This document shows, piece by piece, positions 24,723 through 36,559 of a DNA stretch of 64,000 nucleotides (position 1 is its first letter; each line of letters starts with the position of its first letter). Source of the DNA: Squalus acanthias (taxonomy: Eukaryota). The notes beneath the pieces are model-generated. The model was not told the origin of the DNA, did no database searches, and was given only the letters and a program-made list of their open reading frames with translations. Location: positions 71,736,001-71,800,000 of the forward strand of contig CM059432.1 of the NCBI GenBank assembly GCA_030390025.1, in the 5' to 3' direction. Made by a program: the position numbers and the translations under genes.

Positions 24723-25765
24723 CCTCCCCTTTAACAACTGGCCGGTGCCATTGTGTCTGTGTTCCATTGCTGACTGACATCACATGAGCTTCGCCAACGC
24801 TCTGAGTTAGCGCCTCACTCCTCGGCCTTTGCGCCTTAAGACAGATGTGTAGCGCATGATTTAGCACTCCAATCACCTCCAGGGGCGATAAAAGTCAAGT
24901 TTGCAGTCGGAGGCGATAATTAGCGCCAGGCGCTAATCTTTGCGCCCGGCCGATAATTGCGGCCCAAATGGGGCGATACTGAATTTCTCCCCCCATGTCT
25001 TTTGGATCTCTCCAAGCACTTTATACTTCAAAAAGTAATTCATTGATCGTAGTCACTGTGATATAAGCAAACTCAGCAGACAATTTGCACACAGAAAATT
25101 CTCAAATTTAGTAAATGAGATGAATGACCAGTTACTCTGTTTTTAAGTGGCACCGAGTGAGAAATGAATGTTGACCAGGACACCAAGAAAACTCCCTTCT
25201 CTTCGAATTGTGCCATGGCACCAATTACGTTCATTTGAACAGGCATTATTTTGGTTTAGCATCTTATCCAAAACACTGCACCTCTGACAATGAAGTGGGA
25301 GATACAGGGACATGACCAGTGAGGTATGTAATCTGGGATGTACTGTACACAAGCCAAAAATCAAACTATGGAGCACCAAATAAAAATGGCCAACAGCAAA
25401 TATCTTCACTGTTAATTTTAGAGCACTCCTGAGAGAACAAACCACCTCTTCAGAACTATTCAACTTGTTCAGGGCGACGCCCATTTTAAACCAGAAAGCT
25501 ACGTTGTTTAAAATCACTGGGTTATAAAACTTTTTTAAAAAACCTTTTGAAAACACATCCGTGATTAGTTGTTACCGTTATTAGTGGCAGCACCTTAAAT
25601 CTCAAGGAAGTAGGATGCTCTCACTGCTAACATCAAAACAGAGGAAAGCCTCAATACACCGCAAGATCTCAAAAAGGAACCCATACATCCAAATGAAACG
25701 CTGATTCGACCCCCCCCCCCATTTCGTTGTTTCTGCTGCATTGTTGTTCATGCTACTGAGCTCAC

Positions 25766-26113
25766 CTGTATGGTTGGGTATGTATTTTTAATTAAATAAT
25801 ACATCTTCTGATGTGACAGCAAGTCTCCAGTGGTGAGCATCTCATCTTTTCCTTCCTTAGTTTTCCCTTTGCTTTTCCCGTTGAGCTCTCCCCCTTCCAT
25901 CACTCGCTTCACCTCCTCCCCTCCCCGTACGGCGGCTTCAACCGATAACGCCAGCAGTTCTCTGAGGTCGATCCTGTCCGACCCGGGCAGTTTTCTGAAG
26001 ATGGCGATCCTGCCGGCCAGAAAGCCCGAATAGAAATGGTAGAGGACTCCAACAGCAAGCAAGGCAAACACGGCTACGCCGAGCGGGGACAGTCGTATGC
26101 CCATTGGAGCCAT
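25766..26113 (-). CDS. BPNT2: Golgi-resident PAP 3'-phosphatase (gPAPP/IMPAD1), coding exon 1
   Basis: [16 protein letters not shown]...[12 protein letters not shown]...[20 protein letters not shown]...KSKGKTKEG...TGDLLSH..MYYLIK...IQ matches the vertebrate BPNT2/IMPAD1 N-terminus; Kozak GCGGCCATGG; donor CAG|GTGAG; 348 nt, phase 0. Confidence 0.95.
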
Positions 26114-26480
26114 GGCCGCCTCGCAGCTGCTGCCGTGCAAACCGAGCGGCCCGCGCGCTGGTGGCTGCTCACAGCTGCTGCTGAGTGACGTGGCTCGCGG
26201 CAGCGATTGGATCCGGTCCCGGGCGGGCGGGATTGTGGTCCCGGAGCGCGAGGCCCTGCGGGTTCCGGCTCCGATTGTTCACCGTGTTCGCACGTTCCGC
26301 GAGTGGTTACATCCCAAGTGTCAATCATCAACTCTGCTGCTGCGGCACCTTGCAGCCGCGGTTCGCGTCCACGTCCTCGGTAGGTCACAGGGTAAAGGTA
26401 ACCTAACTGTTTCTGGGTTAGTCGAAAACTCGCTTTACTTGGGAATGCGAGATGTAGTTCACAACTGTGGAAAATAATCC
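25900..26480. promoter_or_regulatory. CpG island / BPNT2 promoter and 5' UTR
   Basis: CpG-dense non-repeat DNA; CRE-like TGACGT near 26186, CCAAT (ATTGG) near 26206, GC box near 26221, ACTACAnnTC(G)C ZNF143/THAP11-like motif at 26441-26460. Confidence 0.8.
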
Positions 26481-27270
26481 GCCCGCTAAGGTGTTTAAAT
26501 GGGATTTGGTCTGAATTTTTAGTTTGTAGTTGGTTAGGCCTATGTTTGTTGTGTACGGAGCTGGTTACTTACGGGCAATGCGGTAGGTGGTATTTTCTGC
26601 AATAAATAAATGGAGCGAATTTATTTTTAAATAAGAGGCATTTTTGTGCTAAAGTATAAATATTTTTTTACGGTAATGAAAGGCGTTTGGGTTTACATAC
26701 ATACTTTTGCCCGCATTATTCCAACTGGGGTTTGGAAGTATTTATCCGAGATATAAATTTTTAACTACTGGATCTTGTATAGGGTAGCACAAGGGAAGGC
26801 GAGAACTGCACTAGTTTAAAGCCTCTCTATATATACACTGTTTAAAATAAAGGCGTCATTCTTTAAATCAACAGAGAATTAAAGTTCCATCTGTTACGAC
26901 AGCGAGTAAACAGTATGAAAATAAAATGTATAACTTTTATTACAGCAAGTCATGTTAATGTTTTTGTTTAGCAACATATAACCTCAGCAGAAACACAAAC
27001 AGACAAACCAACAAGTGCCAGATGTGGTACCAGCCATTTCCCCCATTAAAAACACACGTGCCACAGTGATGTACTATTCAATCACTTTCACATCTCCATT
27101 CATCCTGTAAATCAGAAACTCACTTTTATTTAAATCATCAGCATTTATTTAAAATCAAACATGTCAGATTAAATGTAAAAGAAAATATTCAAACTAAAAA
27201 GGAATTAAAATTGACAAAGATAAATGCAGTGATTTGTATATGTGGAAAATTGAAAATGTCAAATCTCATT

Positions 27271-29437
27271 GGCCCAGATTTTACGGTCAGCGGCCAACAA
27301 ACGGCACTAGTCATTCATTACACTTACACTTGCTCGTGCTACATGGAATAGATTCAGAACAGATCTAGCAGCTCAAAACTGGTCATCCATGAGGTGCTGT
27401 GGGCCATCAACAGCAGCAGAACTGTATTCCACCACAATCTGTAACCTCATGGCCTGGCATCTCCCTCACTTGAATGAAATAACTACATTTGAACTGATGT
27501 ACATAGTTTTAAGATGTTTTTTACACGTTTTAATTTTCACAATGACTAGGTAGCAGTTTTTAATCATTCCTCACCAGTCTTCCTGATTTTATTACAGCCT
27601 TGGTCCGAAGATGGACAAAAGAGCTGAATTCCAGAGGTGAGGTGAGAGTGACTGCCCTTGACATCAAGGCAGCATTTGACTCAGTGTGGTATCAAGGAGC
27701 CCTAGTAAAATTGAAGTCAGTGGGAATCAGGGAAAACTCTCCACTGGCTGGAGTTATACCTAGAACGAAAGAAGATGGTTGTGGTTGTTGGAGGCCAATC
27801 ATCTCAGCCTCGGGACACTGCTGCAGGAGTTCCTCAGGACAGTGTCCTAGGCCCAACCTTCTTCAGCTGCTTCATCAATGACCTTCCCTCCACCAGAAGG
27901 TCAGAAGTGGGGATGTTCGCTAATGATTGCACAGTGTTCAGTTCCATCTGCAATTCCTCAGATAATGAAGCAGTCCGTGCCCCAATGTAACAAGACCGGG
28001 ACCACATCCAGGCTTGGGCTAATAAATGGCAAGTAACATTTGCACCACACAAATACCAGGCAATGACCATCTCCAAGTAACCACCGTCCCTTGAATGTCA
28101 TCACCATCAACATCCTGGGCTCACCATTGACCAGAAACATAACTGGACCAGCCACATAAATAGTGTGGCTACAAGGGGCAGGTCAGAGACTGAGTATTCT
28201 GTGACGAGTGTCTCGCCTCCTGACTCCCTGAAGCCTTTTCACCACCAACAAGGCACAAGTAAGGAGTCTGATGGAATACTCTCCACTTGCCTGGATGAGT
28301 GCAGCTCCAATAACACTCAAGAAGCTCGACACCATCCAGGACAAAGCAGCCCGCTTGTTCAACACCCTATCCACCACCTTAAACATTCACTCCCTCCACC
28401 ACCAGCGCAACACGGCTGCAGTGTGTACCATCTACATGATGCACTGCAGCAACTCGCCAATGCTTCATCAACAGCATCTCCCAAACCTGCGATCTCTACC
28501 ACCTGGAAAGACAACACATAGGTGCATGGGAACACTACCACCTCCAAGTTCCCCTCCGAGGCTCAGACCATCCTGACTAGGAAATATATCGCCGTTCCTT
28601 CACTGTTGCTGGGTCAAAATCCTGGAACTTCCTACCTAACAGCACTGTGGGAATTCCTTACCCACACAGATTTCAGCGGTTCAAGAAGGTGGCTCACACC
28701 ATCTTCTCAAATGCAGTTAGGGTTAGGCAATAACATCCCATGAATAAATAAATAAAGAAAGGACTTTCTATGGGCTTTTGCACTGGAACTTATGATTAGA
28801 AATCCATTTCAGTGCAGCGTCCTCTACAGATGATCTGTGTCAAGCAACTGTGTATTTCCTTAACCAATCAGATTGAAGAATCCTTTGCAGATTCTGAAAC
28901 AAAGTATAAGTTAGAATAGTTAATTCAATGCCAAATCATGTACAGAAAGCAAAATAAAGAGAGGGAAAGAAAGATGGGATTAAGAGAGAGAGAGATAAAA
29001 GACAGAAAAAGTTAAAAATTATTTAAATTTTTTTAAATCTCTGACAATAATTAAAATCTGAAGGAATGAGACTCCACACTTGTAAAAGTTAATTTTCAGT
29101 GGCAGAAAAGTTGTTTGGCAGTAATTAAGACTTATCACGCCAGTAAAAATTCACTTACTCTTGAATGGACAAGCCCTAACTTTTTCTTGCATGTTTAGTG
29201 GGTATCTATCACATAAGTACCCCAACTTCAGGCCCTTCCGTGTATTTGAATACTGAGGCTCCCGGCGAGATACTGTTATAGCGAAGCTTCTGGAGCAGCA
29301 GGGCAACCTGGACAGTAACTTCCTGATTTCCGTGTTTAACTGCACGTGTGGTTGTCAGAAGTTGCTGTCTGATTTACTCTTTAATAATGGTGAGTGTTGA
29401 TAGCCTTGTCATTATTTTTACTGCAAAATCCGGGCCC
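27271..29437. mobile_element. Old Harbinger-like non-autonomous element interrupted by CR1-type inserts
   Basis: Inverted ends GGCCCAGATTTT / AAAATCCGGGCC; TSD unclear. Confidence 0.45.
27590..28755 (+). mobile_element. CR1-type family X 3' half
   Basis: ALDIKAAFD, GVPQDSVLGP, MEYSPLAW; (AATA)n tail. Confidence 0.85.
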
Positions 29438-29459
29438 ATATATTGAAGCCTTGTTCTAG

Positions 29460-29560
29460 TTGGTAACAGCAAAGCTTACTTAAACTATTTAATCTCCCAT
29501 GGCGTCGCTTACAGTGTGTTGGAAGATAAGATTATCAACAAAGTGACAGGTACACAGGAG
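29460..29560 (+). pseudogene. Candidate exon A of a degraded unknown gene
   Basis: TTCTAG| ... GAG|GTGAGG; open frame GNSKAYLNYLISHGVAYSVLEDKIINKVTGTQE; phase 1 to 0. Confidence 0.45.
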
Positions 29561-29909
29561 GTGAGGCATCTGAGACCAGGGAAGCTGCAGGCAGGGCTTA
29601 GGCTAGTGCAGACAAAAATATTTCTTTTAATATATTTGTGTCTATAGTGCAATCCGAACAACCATTCCTCTCCTCTCTCTCTCTTGCACACCTGTGCCCT
29701 TTAATAAAAACACTGACTTTTACCTCTAATACTTCTGAAATTTGTCCTCCAGCTTTTCATTCAAATAATTTAAAAATAACTTTTGAGCTGAAACTGCTAG
29801 AAGCTAAAGAAAAATGTAATCTTTAGAGCTGACTGAATGGTACTGATGCATCCTAGGAAATTCATCACAGTGCACATCCTCAGACTGCGCAATCCAAGTT
29901 CAACTCATA

Positions 29910-30585
29910 GAGCCGTATTTTCCGATCGGAGGCTTCCTGTGTGCGGAGGCCTCCGATCTGGAAAAAATCTACGGACTTACCTGAGGGCTACCGAGGTGCG
30001 TACACTTCCGCTCCTGGGCCTCTCCAAACTCGAAGTGCGCAGGGCCCACGTATCCCAGAGATGCATGCAGTTCACGAGCATCCCTGGGATCACGTGGGCC
30101 ATGGGGAGTCAATAGGAGAAGGGAATCGCCCTTCATACACTTGACAGATAGACCTGTCAAATATATGAATGGAGATCACCCCAAAAACATAGTAAAACAT
30201 TCAATACATTTTTTTTAAATCACATTTTTAAAATGAGTTGAAATTACAATAAATTAAATATTTTAAACAAAAATGTAATTTTTTGAAAAAATAATTAAAG
30301 TTTTTTACGGGGCTAAAAATAAACGTACCTTTTTTAAACGTATTTTTAAATTATAAATCAGTGGAAAAAAAATGTAAAAACGTTTTTTCAACTCTTATGC
30401 TGGTAAAAGCTGGCCTTACGCCTGCTTTTACCAGGCATAGGATTTCTAAGTGTTTTCTGCAGGCGGAGGTTCTCCAGAAAGCGGAACTATCCGCCCGCAG
30501 AGGCCCTTCTCCAGGGCAGGCATCTGATCTGTCAAGAGCATTCTTGACAGATCGGAAATACCGGTTTTCAGCACATGCGCTACAT
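29910..30585. mobile_element. Partial non-autonomous DNA transposon
   Basis: CpG-rich ends flanking an AT-rich core; begins AGCCGTATTTT, similar to the Harbinger-type ends in this window; no second TIR found. Confidence 0.4.
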
Positions 30586-30677
30586 GTCCCTACATTTAAT
30601 CATGTTTTTGTGAAATATGTCATTCTTAAAATGTTTCTTTTGGTTAATCTTTTATTTATAATGGAACAAGTTGACAG

Positions 30678-30769
30678 GAAGTACATGCGAACATAGGGTT
30701 TTTATTATCTTACTAGTCAATCTTCTGTGGCGTCGCATACGTGGATTCAAAAACAAATGTAGTCTTCAG
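30678..30769 (+). pseudogene. Candidate exon B (one in-frame TAG)
   Basis: GACAG| ... CAG|GTAAAG; EVHANIGFLLSY*SIFCGVAYVDSKTNVVF; phase 0 to 2, compatible with exons A and C. Confidence 0.4.
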
Positions 30770-30789
30770 GTAAAGCTAGGTTAAAGGGT

Positions 30790-31000
30790 GGGGGAAAACT
30801 GGTCCAGAGCTGAGAGAGAACTGCAAGAAGGTGGGAGGGGCAGGAGCAGTGAGGGGGCAGGGGAGGAAGAAGGAGGGAGGGAGCGAGGTGGGAAGAGTAG
30901 GAGTGAGAGAAGAAGCGGTGTAAAGGAAGAAGAAGGGAAAGGAAAAGCAGAGACGAAGGATGGAATAGAGAGGGGAAGAGGGAGGACGGATGCAGGAAAG
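30790..31000 (+). repeat. Purine-rich (GA-rich) low-complexity tract
   Basis: Strong A/G bias. Confidence 0.7.
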
Positions 31001-32147
31001 CAAGCCCTGAACACCATATGAACACAAATGTGTTGCCCCACACAAAAATAAATCCATTCCTCCTCTTAAAAATCCACCATCTCTGAATATTTTTCTTATA
31101 TATATAAAAGCGAGCAGGGCTGGGCCAATGTAAACAGGTAGGGGGCTGTCAAATATTGACCACAAAAGCTGCATCGGGAGCCAGGGCCATTGTGTGTTAG
31201 GCAGGAGCAATCAGCAATTACGCCGCATCAGGTGCTGATGGCCTCAGTCTTACGTATTTTTAAAATGCTGATCTCATGGATGCTCAGGTTGCTGCTGCTA
31301 TAGAGGCATTGGGCTCCAATCTACTACAGGTTATTGTGTCCAGCTTAAAACTGTTGGGGAAATCAGATGAAGAGAACTTTGCAGCATAGATTTGCAAAAC
31401 ATGCTGTAGGAGTGTCTGGCCTATCCACTACCCCTGCGTAAGTGACGGTAAATGTGGCAGAAAGCAGGCAGGACCAGCCAGTCACAGCAGCAGCAGATGT
31501 GACTGAATCAGTTGCAGAGCCATCTCAAGGAAGTTCCAGGGCACCTGAATCCCAACTGGCTGCCATTGAAACCAGGAGCTAACATCATCACGGCAGTCCC
31601 ACCTCTTTCAATAACCTCAGTACAGAGCCTACCCCTCCAGCTGGCATTTTAGATTGCGGGCAGAATAGGGCAGAGACCTGATGGAATTGGGTGTCTCCCT
31701 GGACTCCCCTATTCAGTATATGCCCTGGTAAGCCCTCCCACATCCAGGAATTTTGGAGTGCTTATCCTTTACTTCTGTTCTAGTCCGAGACAAATAGCTT
31801 GCTTACATCTATTTCATCTGGCCCTTCAGGTTTTTTTTCAGTAAAAAATAAATACCTCTGTATCTCTAACTTCATAACTTAGAGTCTTGAGTCCTAAAAT
31901 TATCCTTGTCACTCTTCTTTAAACCCTTCCCATCACAGTAGTGTGTCAAATTGCACCAATGATTTGTGCAAGGTTAGAATAACTAAATGGATTAATAATC
32001 AAATGCCTCTTTCCACTCTTGTTAATGAAAAGAAAAGAATCAGTACTTTTGAGTTTCTAAAGATTAATTACTAACCTTTTGAATGTTTTTTAACTGGAAT
32101 TTTACTAACCATTTTTTTTATTAAATAATTTTTTCTTGCTGCAATAG

Positions 32148-32204
32148 AAGGTACAAACATATATACAATAAAAGTAGTGCAATAGATCAAGTTTTTTTTG
32201 AGTG
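32148..32204 (+). pseudogene. Candidate exon C
   Basis: Branch point TACTAAC (32103-32109), T-rich tract, TAG| ... GTG|GTGAGT; RYKHIYNKSSAIDQVF; starts in phase 2. Confidence 0.5.
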
Positions 32205-32356
32205 GTGAGTCTGAGACAGCTGAATTTTGTTGGGAATTACTGAAGAAATCCAGGGTCTGAGATTCACATTCATGGAAGAAAAAACAAAGGGTAAATTCAC
32301 CGATCCTGCACTCTCAGCTGAGCTTATTTCTGTTTTGCTATTATTTCTATTCTCAG

Positions 32357-32458
32357 CTCGTGTCTATTTGCAACACCAAATTTCTGATTGGTCCCCTTGG
32401 AGGACAAGACACACCCAACAGTTTGCTTTCAGAAAACAGACAGGGCTCCCCATCCCGG
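32357..32458 (+). pseudogene. Candidate exon D
   Basis: Strong acceptor TTTCTATTCTCAG|, donor G|GTTAAG; ARVYLQHQISDWSPWRTRHTQQFAFRKQTGLPIPG; phase 1 to 1. Confidence 0.45.
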
Positions 32459-32479
32459 GTTAAGAGCACTCACAGCTCT

Positions 32480-32825
32480 CACACTGCCAAGTTCAGATAG
32501 GAAGGGGTGAGGCCATGGAGGGATTTTAACATGAGGATGAGAATTTTAAAATCAAGGTGTTGGCGGACAATGTACCCCCTAATTTCTATTTGGGTGTGCG
32601 CTCCCTTTAATGGGCTGCGCGGTCCATTCAAAATTTTGTGCATGATGCCATTCAAAAGCCGGTAAGCAGCCTGCGCTGGACCTCCAAACAGCTGCACAGG
32701 TGCGTAGCTTAGCGGGAACGTTGTTGGTGGACCAAGAGCCAATGTAGGTCAACGAGCACAGGGGTGATGGGTGAATGGGACTTGCTGCATGTTAGGATAT
32801 GTGCAGCAGAGTTTTGGATGAGCTC
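32480..32825 (-). mobile_element. L2 LINE fragment
   Basis: QHLDFKILILMLKSLHGLTPSYL is typical of the L2 ORF2 C-terminus. Confidence 0.7.
32568..32723. mobile_element. hAT-type MITE (156 bp)
   Basis: TIR CAATGTACCCCCTAA / TTAGCGGGAACGTTG; 8-bp TSD TTGG(C/T)GGA at 32560-32567 and 32724-32731. Confidence 0.8.
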
Positions 32826-32929
32826 GGAATAGTCGAGTTTGGCAAATAACACATAAATGTAATGTCATGTATATTGTAGAACCAACACAGACTCAATGTT
32901 CACCCTAATTTTGTTTTTGCCCTGCGCGG

Positions 32930-34230
32930 CCCTTCTCCTCGCCCCCTTCGATCCCCTCTCCTCGCCCCCTTCGATCCCCTCTCCTCGCCCCCTTCGGTCC
33001 CCCCTCCTCGCCCCCCTTCGGTCCCCCCTCCCCGCCCCCCTTTGGTCCCCCCTCCTCGCCCCCCTTCGGTCACCCCTCCTCGCCCTCTTTCGGTCCCCCC
33101 CCCCCCTTCGGCCCCTCGCCCCCCTTCTGTCTCCCCCCTCGCCCCCCTTCTGTCTCCCCCCTCGCCCCCCTTCGGTCCCCCCTCGCCCCCCTTCGGTCCC
33201 CCCTCCTCGCCCCCTTCGGTCCCCCCTCCTCGCCCCCCTTCGGTCCCCCCTCCTCGCCCCCCTTCGGTCCCCCCTCCTCGCCCCCCTTCGGCCCCTCGCC
33301 CCCCTTCTGTCTCCCCCCTCGCCCCCCTTCGGTCCCCCCTCCTCGCCCCCTTCGGTCCCCCCTCCTCGCCCCCCTTCGGTCCCCCTCCTCGCCCCCCCTT
33401 CGGTCCCCCCTCCTCGCCCCCCTTCTGTCTCCCCCCTCGCCCCCCTTCTGTCTCCCCCCTCGCCCCCCTTCGGTCTCCCCCCTCGCCCCCCTTCTGTCTC
33501 CCCCCTCGCCCCCCTTCGGTCTCCCCCCTCGCCCCCCTTCTGTCTCCCCCCTCGCCCCCCTTCGGTCCCCCCTCCTCGCCCCCCTTCGGTCTCACCCCCC
33601 TCGCCCCCCTTCGGTCCCCCCTCCTCGCCCCCTCCTTCGGTCCCTCGCCCCCCTTCGGTCCCCCCCCTCGCCCCCCTTCGGTCCCCCCTCCTCGCCCCCC
33701 TTCGGTCCCCCCCTCCTCGCCCCCCTTCGGTCCCCCCCTCCTCGCCCCCCCTTCGGTCCCCCCTCCTCGCCCCCTTCGGTCCCCCCTCCTCGCCCCCTCC
33801 TTCGGTCCCTCGCCCCCCTTCGGTCCCCCCCTCGCCCCCCTTCGGTCCCCCCTCCTCGCCCCCCCCTTCGGTCCCCCTCCTCGCCCCCCTTCGGTCCCCC
33901 CTCCTCGCCCCCCCTTCGGTCCCCCCTCCTCGCCCCCCTTCGGTCCCCCCTCCTCGCCCCCTCCTTCGGTCCCTCGCCCCCCTTCGGTCCCCCCCTCGCC
34001 CCCTTCGGTCCCCCCTCCTCGCCCCCCTTCGGTCCCCCCTCCTCGCCCCCCTTCGGTCCCCCCTCCTCGCCCCCCTTCGGTCCCCCCTCCTCGCCCCCCT
34101 TCGGTCCCCTCTCCTCGCCCCCTTCGGTCCCCCCTCCTCGTCCCCCTTCGGTCCCCTCTCCTCGCCCCCTTCGGTCCCCTCTCCTCGCCCCCTTCGGTCC
34201 GCCCCTTCGATTCGCTCTCCTCCCCCACCC
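32930..34230. repeat. C-rich minisatellite, unit about 18-24 bp (CCCCTTCGGTCCCCCCTCCTCG)
   Basis: Dozens of variant units; follows a hAT-like left end CAATGTTCACCCTAATTTT at 32894. Confidence 0.95.
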
Positions 34231-34729
34231 CAAACATCTGGTCTCCTGACCTTCTCCACATGGAGCCGAGGAAAGTGTGGTGGTGCAGGCCTCAGCTGCC
34301 GCACTGTTTGGTACTGTGTATGCGCAAGCGGATTGAGTGCGCATGCACAGTACCAAACGGGCGCGCATGCGCAGAAGGAGTCAAAAAACGGTGTGCAAAT
34401 AATCACTCCACTCAGCTGGGCGCTATTCACAAAGGGAGCATGGATTAGAAACTGGGCTACAATACTCTAGCGCTGATCCTCTAACCAGCTCTCCCTTTGA
34501 TCATGGTTCCTCATAAGGAAAGTGTGACCAGTGAATACACCCACAATTCTGGTGCCAAAGAGAATCCCCAAAGAAGTAGTAAACAGTGACTGAGATCGGG
34601 GAAAAACACTTGACAGTTAAAGCTTGCATCCTCACTTCCACTTTAAACACACAGTACAGTCAAACGGAGATCATAGAGTCTATTGCTAGGGAACTACTAC
34701 CACTTGCCTGTTAATAAGTTAATACCTTC

Positions 34730-35206
34730 AGCATCGAAGCTTTGACCACGCTCGATCAGCTACGATGGACAGGCCACATCGTCCACATGCCCGATACGAG
34801 ACTTCCAAAACAAGCGCTCTACTCTGAGCTCCGACACGGCAAGAGAGCCCCAAGTGGGCAGAGGAAACGCTTCAAGGACACCCTCAAAGCCTCCTTGAAA
34901 AAGTGCAATATCCCCACCGATACCTGGGAATCCCTGGCCCAAGACCGCACAAAGTGGAGGAGAATCACCTGGGAAGGCGCCGAACACCTCGAGTCTCTTC
35001 GCCGGGAGCAAGCGGAAGCCAAGCGCAAACAGCGGAAGGAGCACATGTCAACCCAAACACCCCACTCACCCGCCCCTTCAACCACCGTCTGCCCCACCTG
35101 TGACAGAGACTGTAGGCCCCGCATTGACTCATCAGTCACCTGCTAACTCATTTTTAGGGTGGAAGCAAGTCATCCTCGGTTCAGAGGGACTGCCTAAGAA
35201 GAAGAA
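34730..35206 (+). mobile_element. RTE-clade LINE 3' fragment
   Basis: QLRWTGHIVHMPDTRLPKQALYSEL..GKR..GQRKRFKDTLK; (AAG)n tail. Confidence 0.85.
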
Positions 35207-35257
35207 TTGGACCCCCTGGGACACATCTCATTGTCTTGGCTGTGCTCTTTGTTGTAG

Positions 35258-35530
35258 GGAATAATGTGAATAGATTTTGTCTGGGTTTAAATTGTGAATT
35301 CTGGGAGATTCTCTCATTGCTAACTTACCTGACGAAGGAGCGAACTGCTTCGAAAGCTTGTAAAATTAAATAAATCTGTTGGACTATAACCTGGTGTTGT
35401 GCGACTTCTCATTTTTAAGAAGAAGAAGACCTTCATTAAAATAGCAGAAGGATTTCATACCATATGCTATTATCCCGCAGTTTAATTTTAAGGCCAGAAA
35501 AGAAAAAGTGCAAAACTGCATGTTAAATGG
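35258..35530 (+). pseudogene. Candidate exon E, interrupted by a mini-Penelope insert (3' boundary uncertain)
   Basis: TTTGTTGTAG| phase 1; removing the insert and one TSD gives NNVNRFCLGLNCEFWEILSFLRRRRPSLK*QKDFIPYAIIPQFNFKARKEKVQNC. Confidence 0.45.
35319..35406 (+). mobile_element. Penelope family B solo 3' terminus with a hammerhead ribozyme (35325-35363)
   Basis: TTAC-CTGACGA-A-GGAGC(GAACT)GCTTC-GAAA-GCTT-GTAA; TCTCATT duplicated at 35312-35318 and 35407-35413. Confidence 0.75.
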
Positions 35531-36559
35531 AATTTGTATATGTATTGTAAAATAAAGTAAATCAATAGTGAGTAATTTTACTGCAACCAGCTTCCAACAT
35601 TCCAAGCCATAAAAATGATGGTAAACATTTCTGAGATGCGATGAAACTGGAGAGGTTTGTGTGTAGATCAGACTGCAAAACTGCATGTTTTTAACTCTAA
35701 TTTGAAAGAACAGAAAATAAATTTTTTATTTCAATGATGAGGGAACATTAGCAAAACAAATTTTAAAAGCAATTTTAACAGATAGGCGGGGTAATTTTAA
35801 CCACCAAAAACAGATGGGTTTGGGTGGGGCAGGATGTTAAACTTTAAAAAATCTCAAACCCGAACTCAGACTCGCCTGCTTCTGAAAAAAAATCCAGGAT
35901 AGCTGGTAACTGGTTGGTTGGTAAAGGTCACATTGGTTGTTTTGCTCTTCAAGTTCGGGGCTGGGGTTAATAGCTGGCTAGGAATTAAGCAGAAACTTGC
36001 CGATTAGTAACTGTTGATACTATATTAAATTAATAACTGTATATTAATAACTTGATTCAGATACATCTTAGTCTTAAGTTTCTGTAAGTTAGTTAATAGC
36101 CTAATAAATAGAGGCATGGCAGGGCAGCTCACTCCCACGGAATGCACAGCATGTGCCATGTGGGAAATCCAGGACGCTTCCTGTGTCCTAGACAACCACA
36201 TGTGCAGGAAGTGTCGTCAGCTGGAGGAGTTCGAGTTCCGGGTTTCGGAGCTTGAGCAGCAGCTGGCGTCACTGCGGTGCATCCTGAGGCTGAGAGCTTC
36301 CTGGATAGCACGTTTCAGGAGATGGTTGCCCCACAGATAAGGAGTGCGCAGGCAGACAGGGAATGGGTGATCGTCAGACAGAAAAGGAGGACCAGGCAGG
36401 TAATGCAGGAGTCCCCTGAGTGCATCTCGCTCTACAATCAGTATTCAGTTCTGAGTACCGGTGAGGGTGATGGTTCCTCTGGGAAGTACAGCCAGAGCCA
36501 AGTCCGCGGCACCATGGGTGGCTCAGCTGTACGGGGGGTGGGGGGGGAGGAAGAAGAGT

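Larger units (their letters stand above)
23663..24993 (+). mobile_element. PIF/Harbinger MITE family 1a with a nested Penelope fragment
   Basis: Same TIRs and body as 9801-10695; expanded (GA)n; TSD not recognisable. Confidence 0.85.
23633..25300 (-). mobile_element. Old DeuSINE copy split by a MITE (segments 23633-23662 and 24994-25300)
   Basis: Reverse-complement similarity to 19980-20050 and 23030-23290. Confidence 0.6.

Noticed and set aside
1..25765. BPNT2 exon 2 (WIDPLDATQEY motif)
   Set aside because: Not found by eye in the non-repeat islands; it probably lies left of the window
26114..26140. N-terminal extension MHGSSCEAA of BPNT2 in the ORF track
   Set aside because: Starts at a non-ATG codon; the conserved start is MAPMG at 26113 with a strong Kozak context
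29460..30769. Resemblance of xGNS...DSKTN to sialylmotif L
   Set aside because: Spacing and conserved residues (ID..D, R.N) do not fit; no family assigned
32865..34470. Five overlapping ORFs of 258-524 aa, Pro- or Gly/Arg-rich
   Set aside because: The minisatellite unit lacks stop codons in most frames; these are artefacts of low complexity
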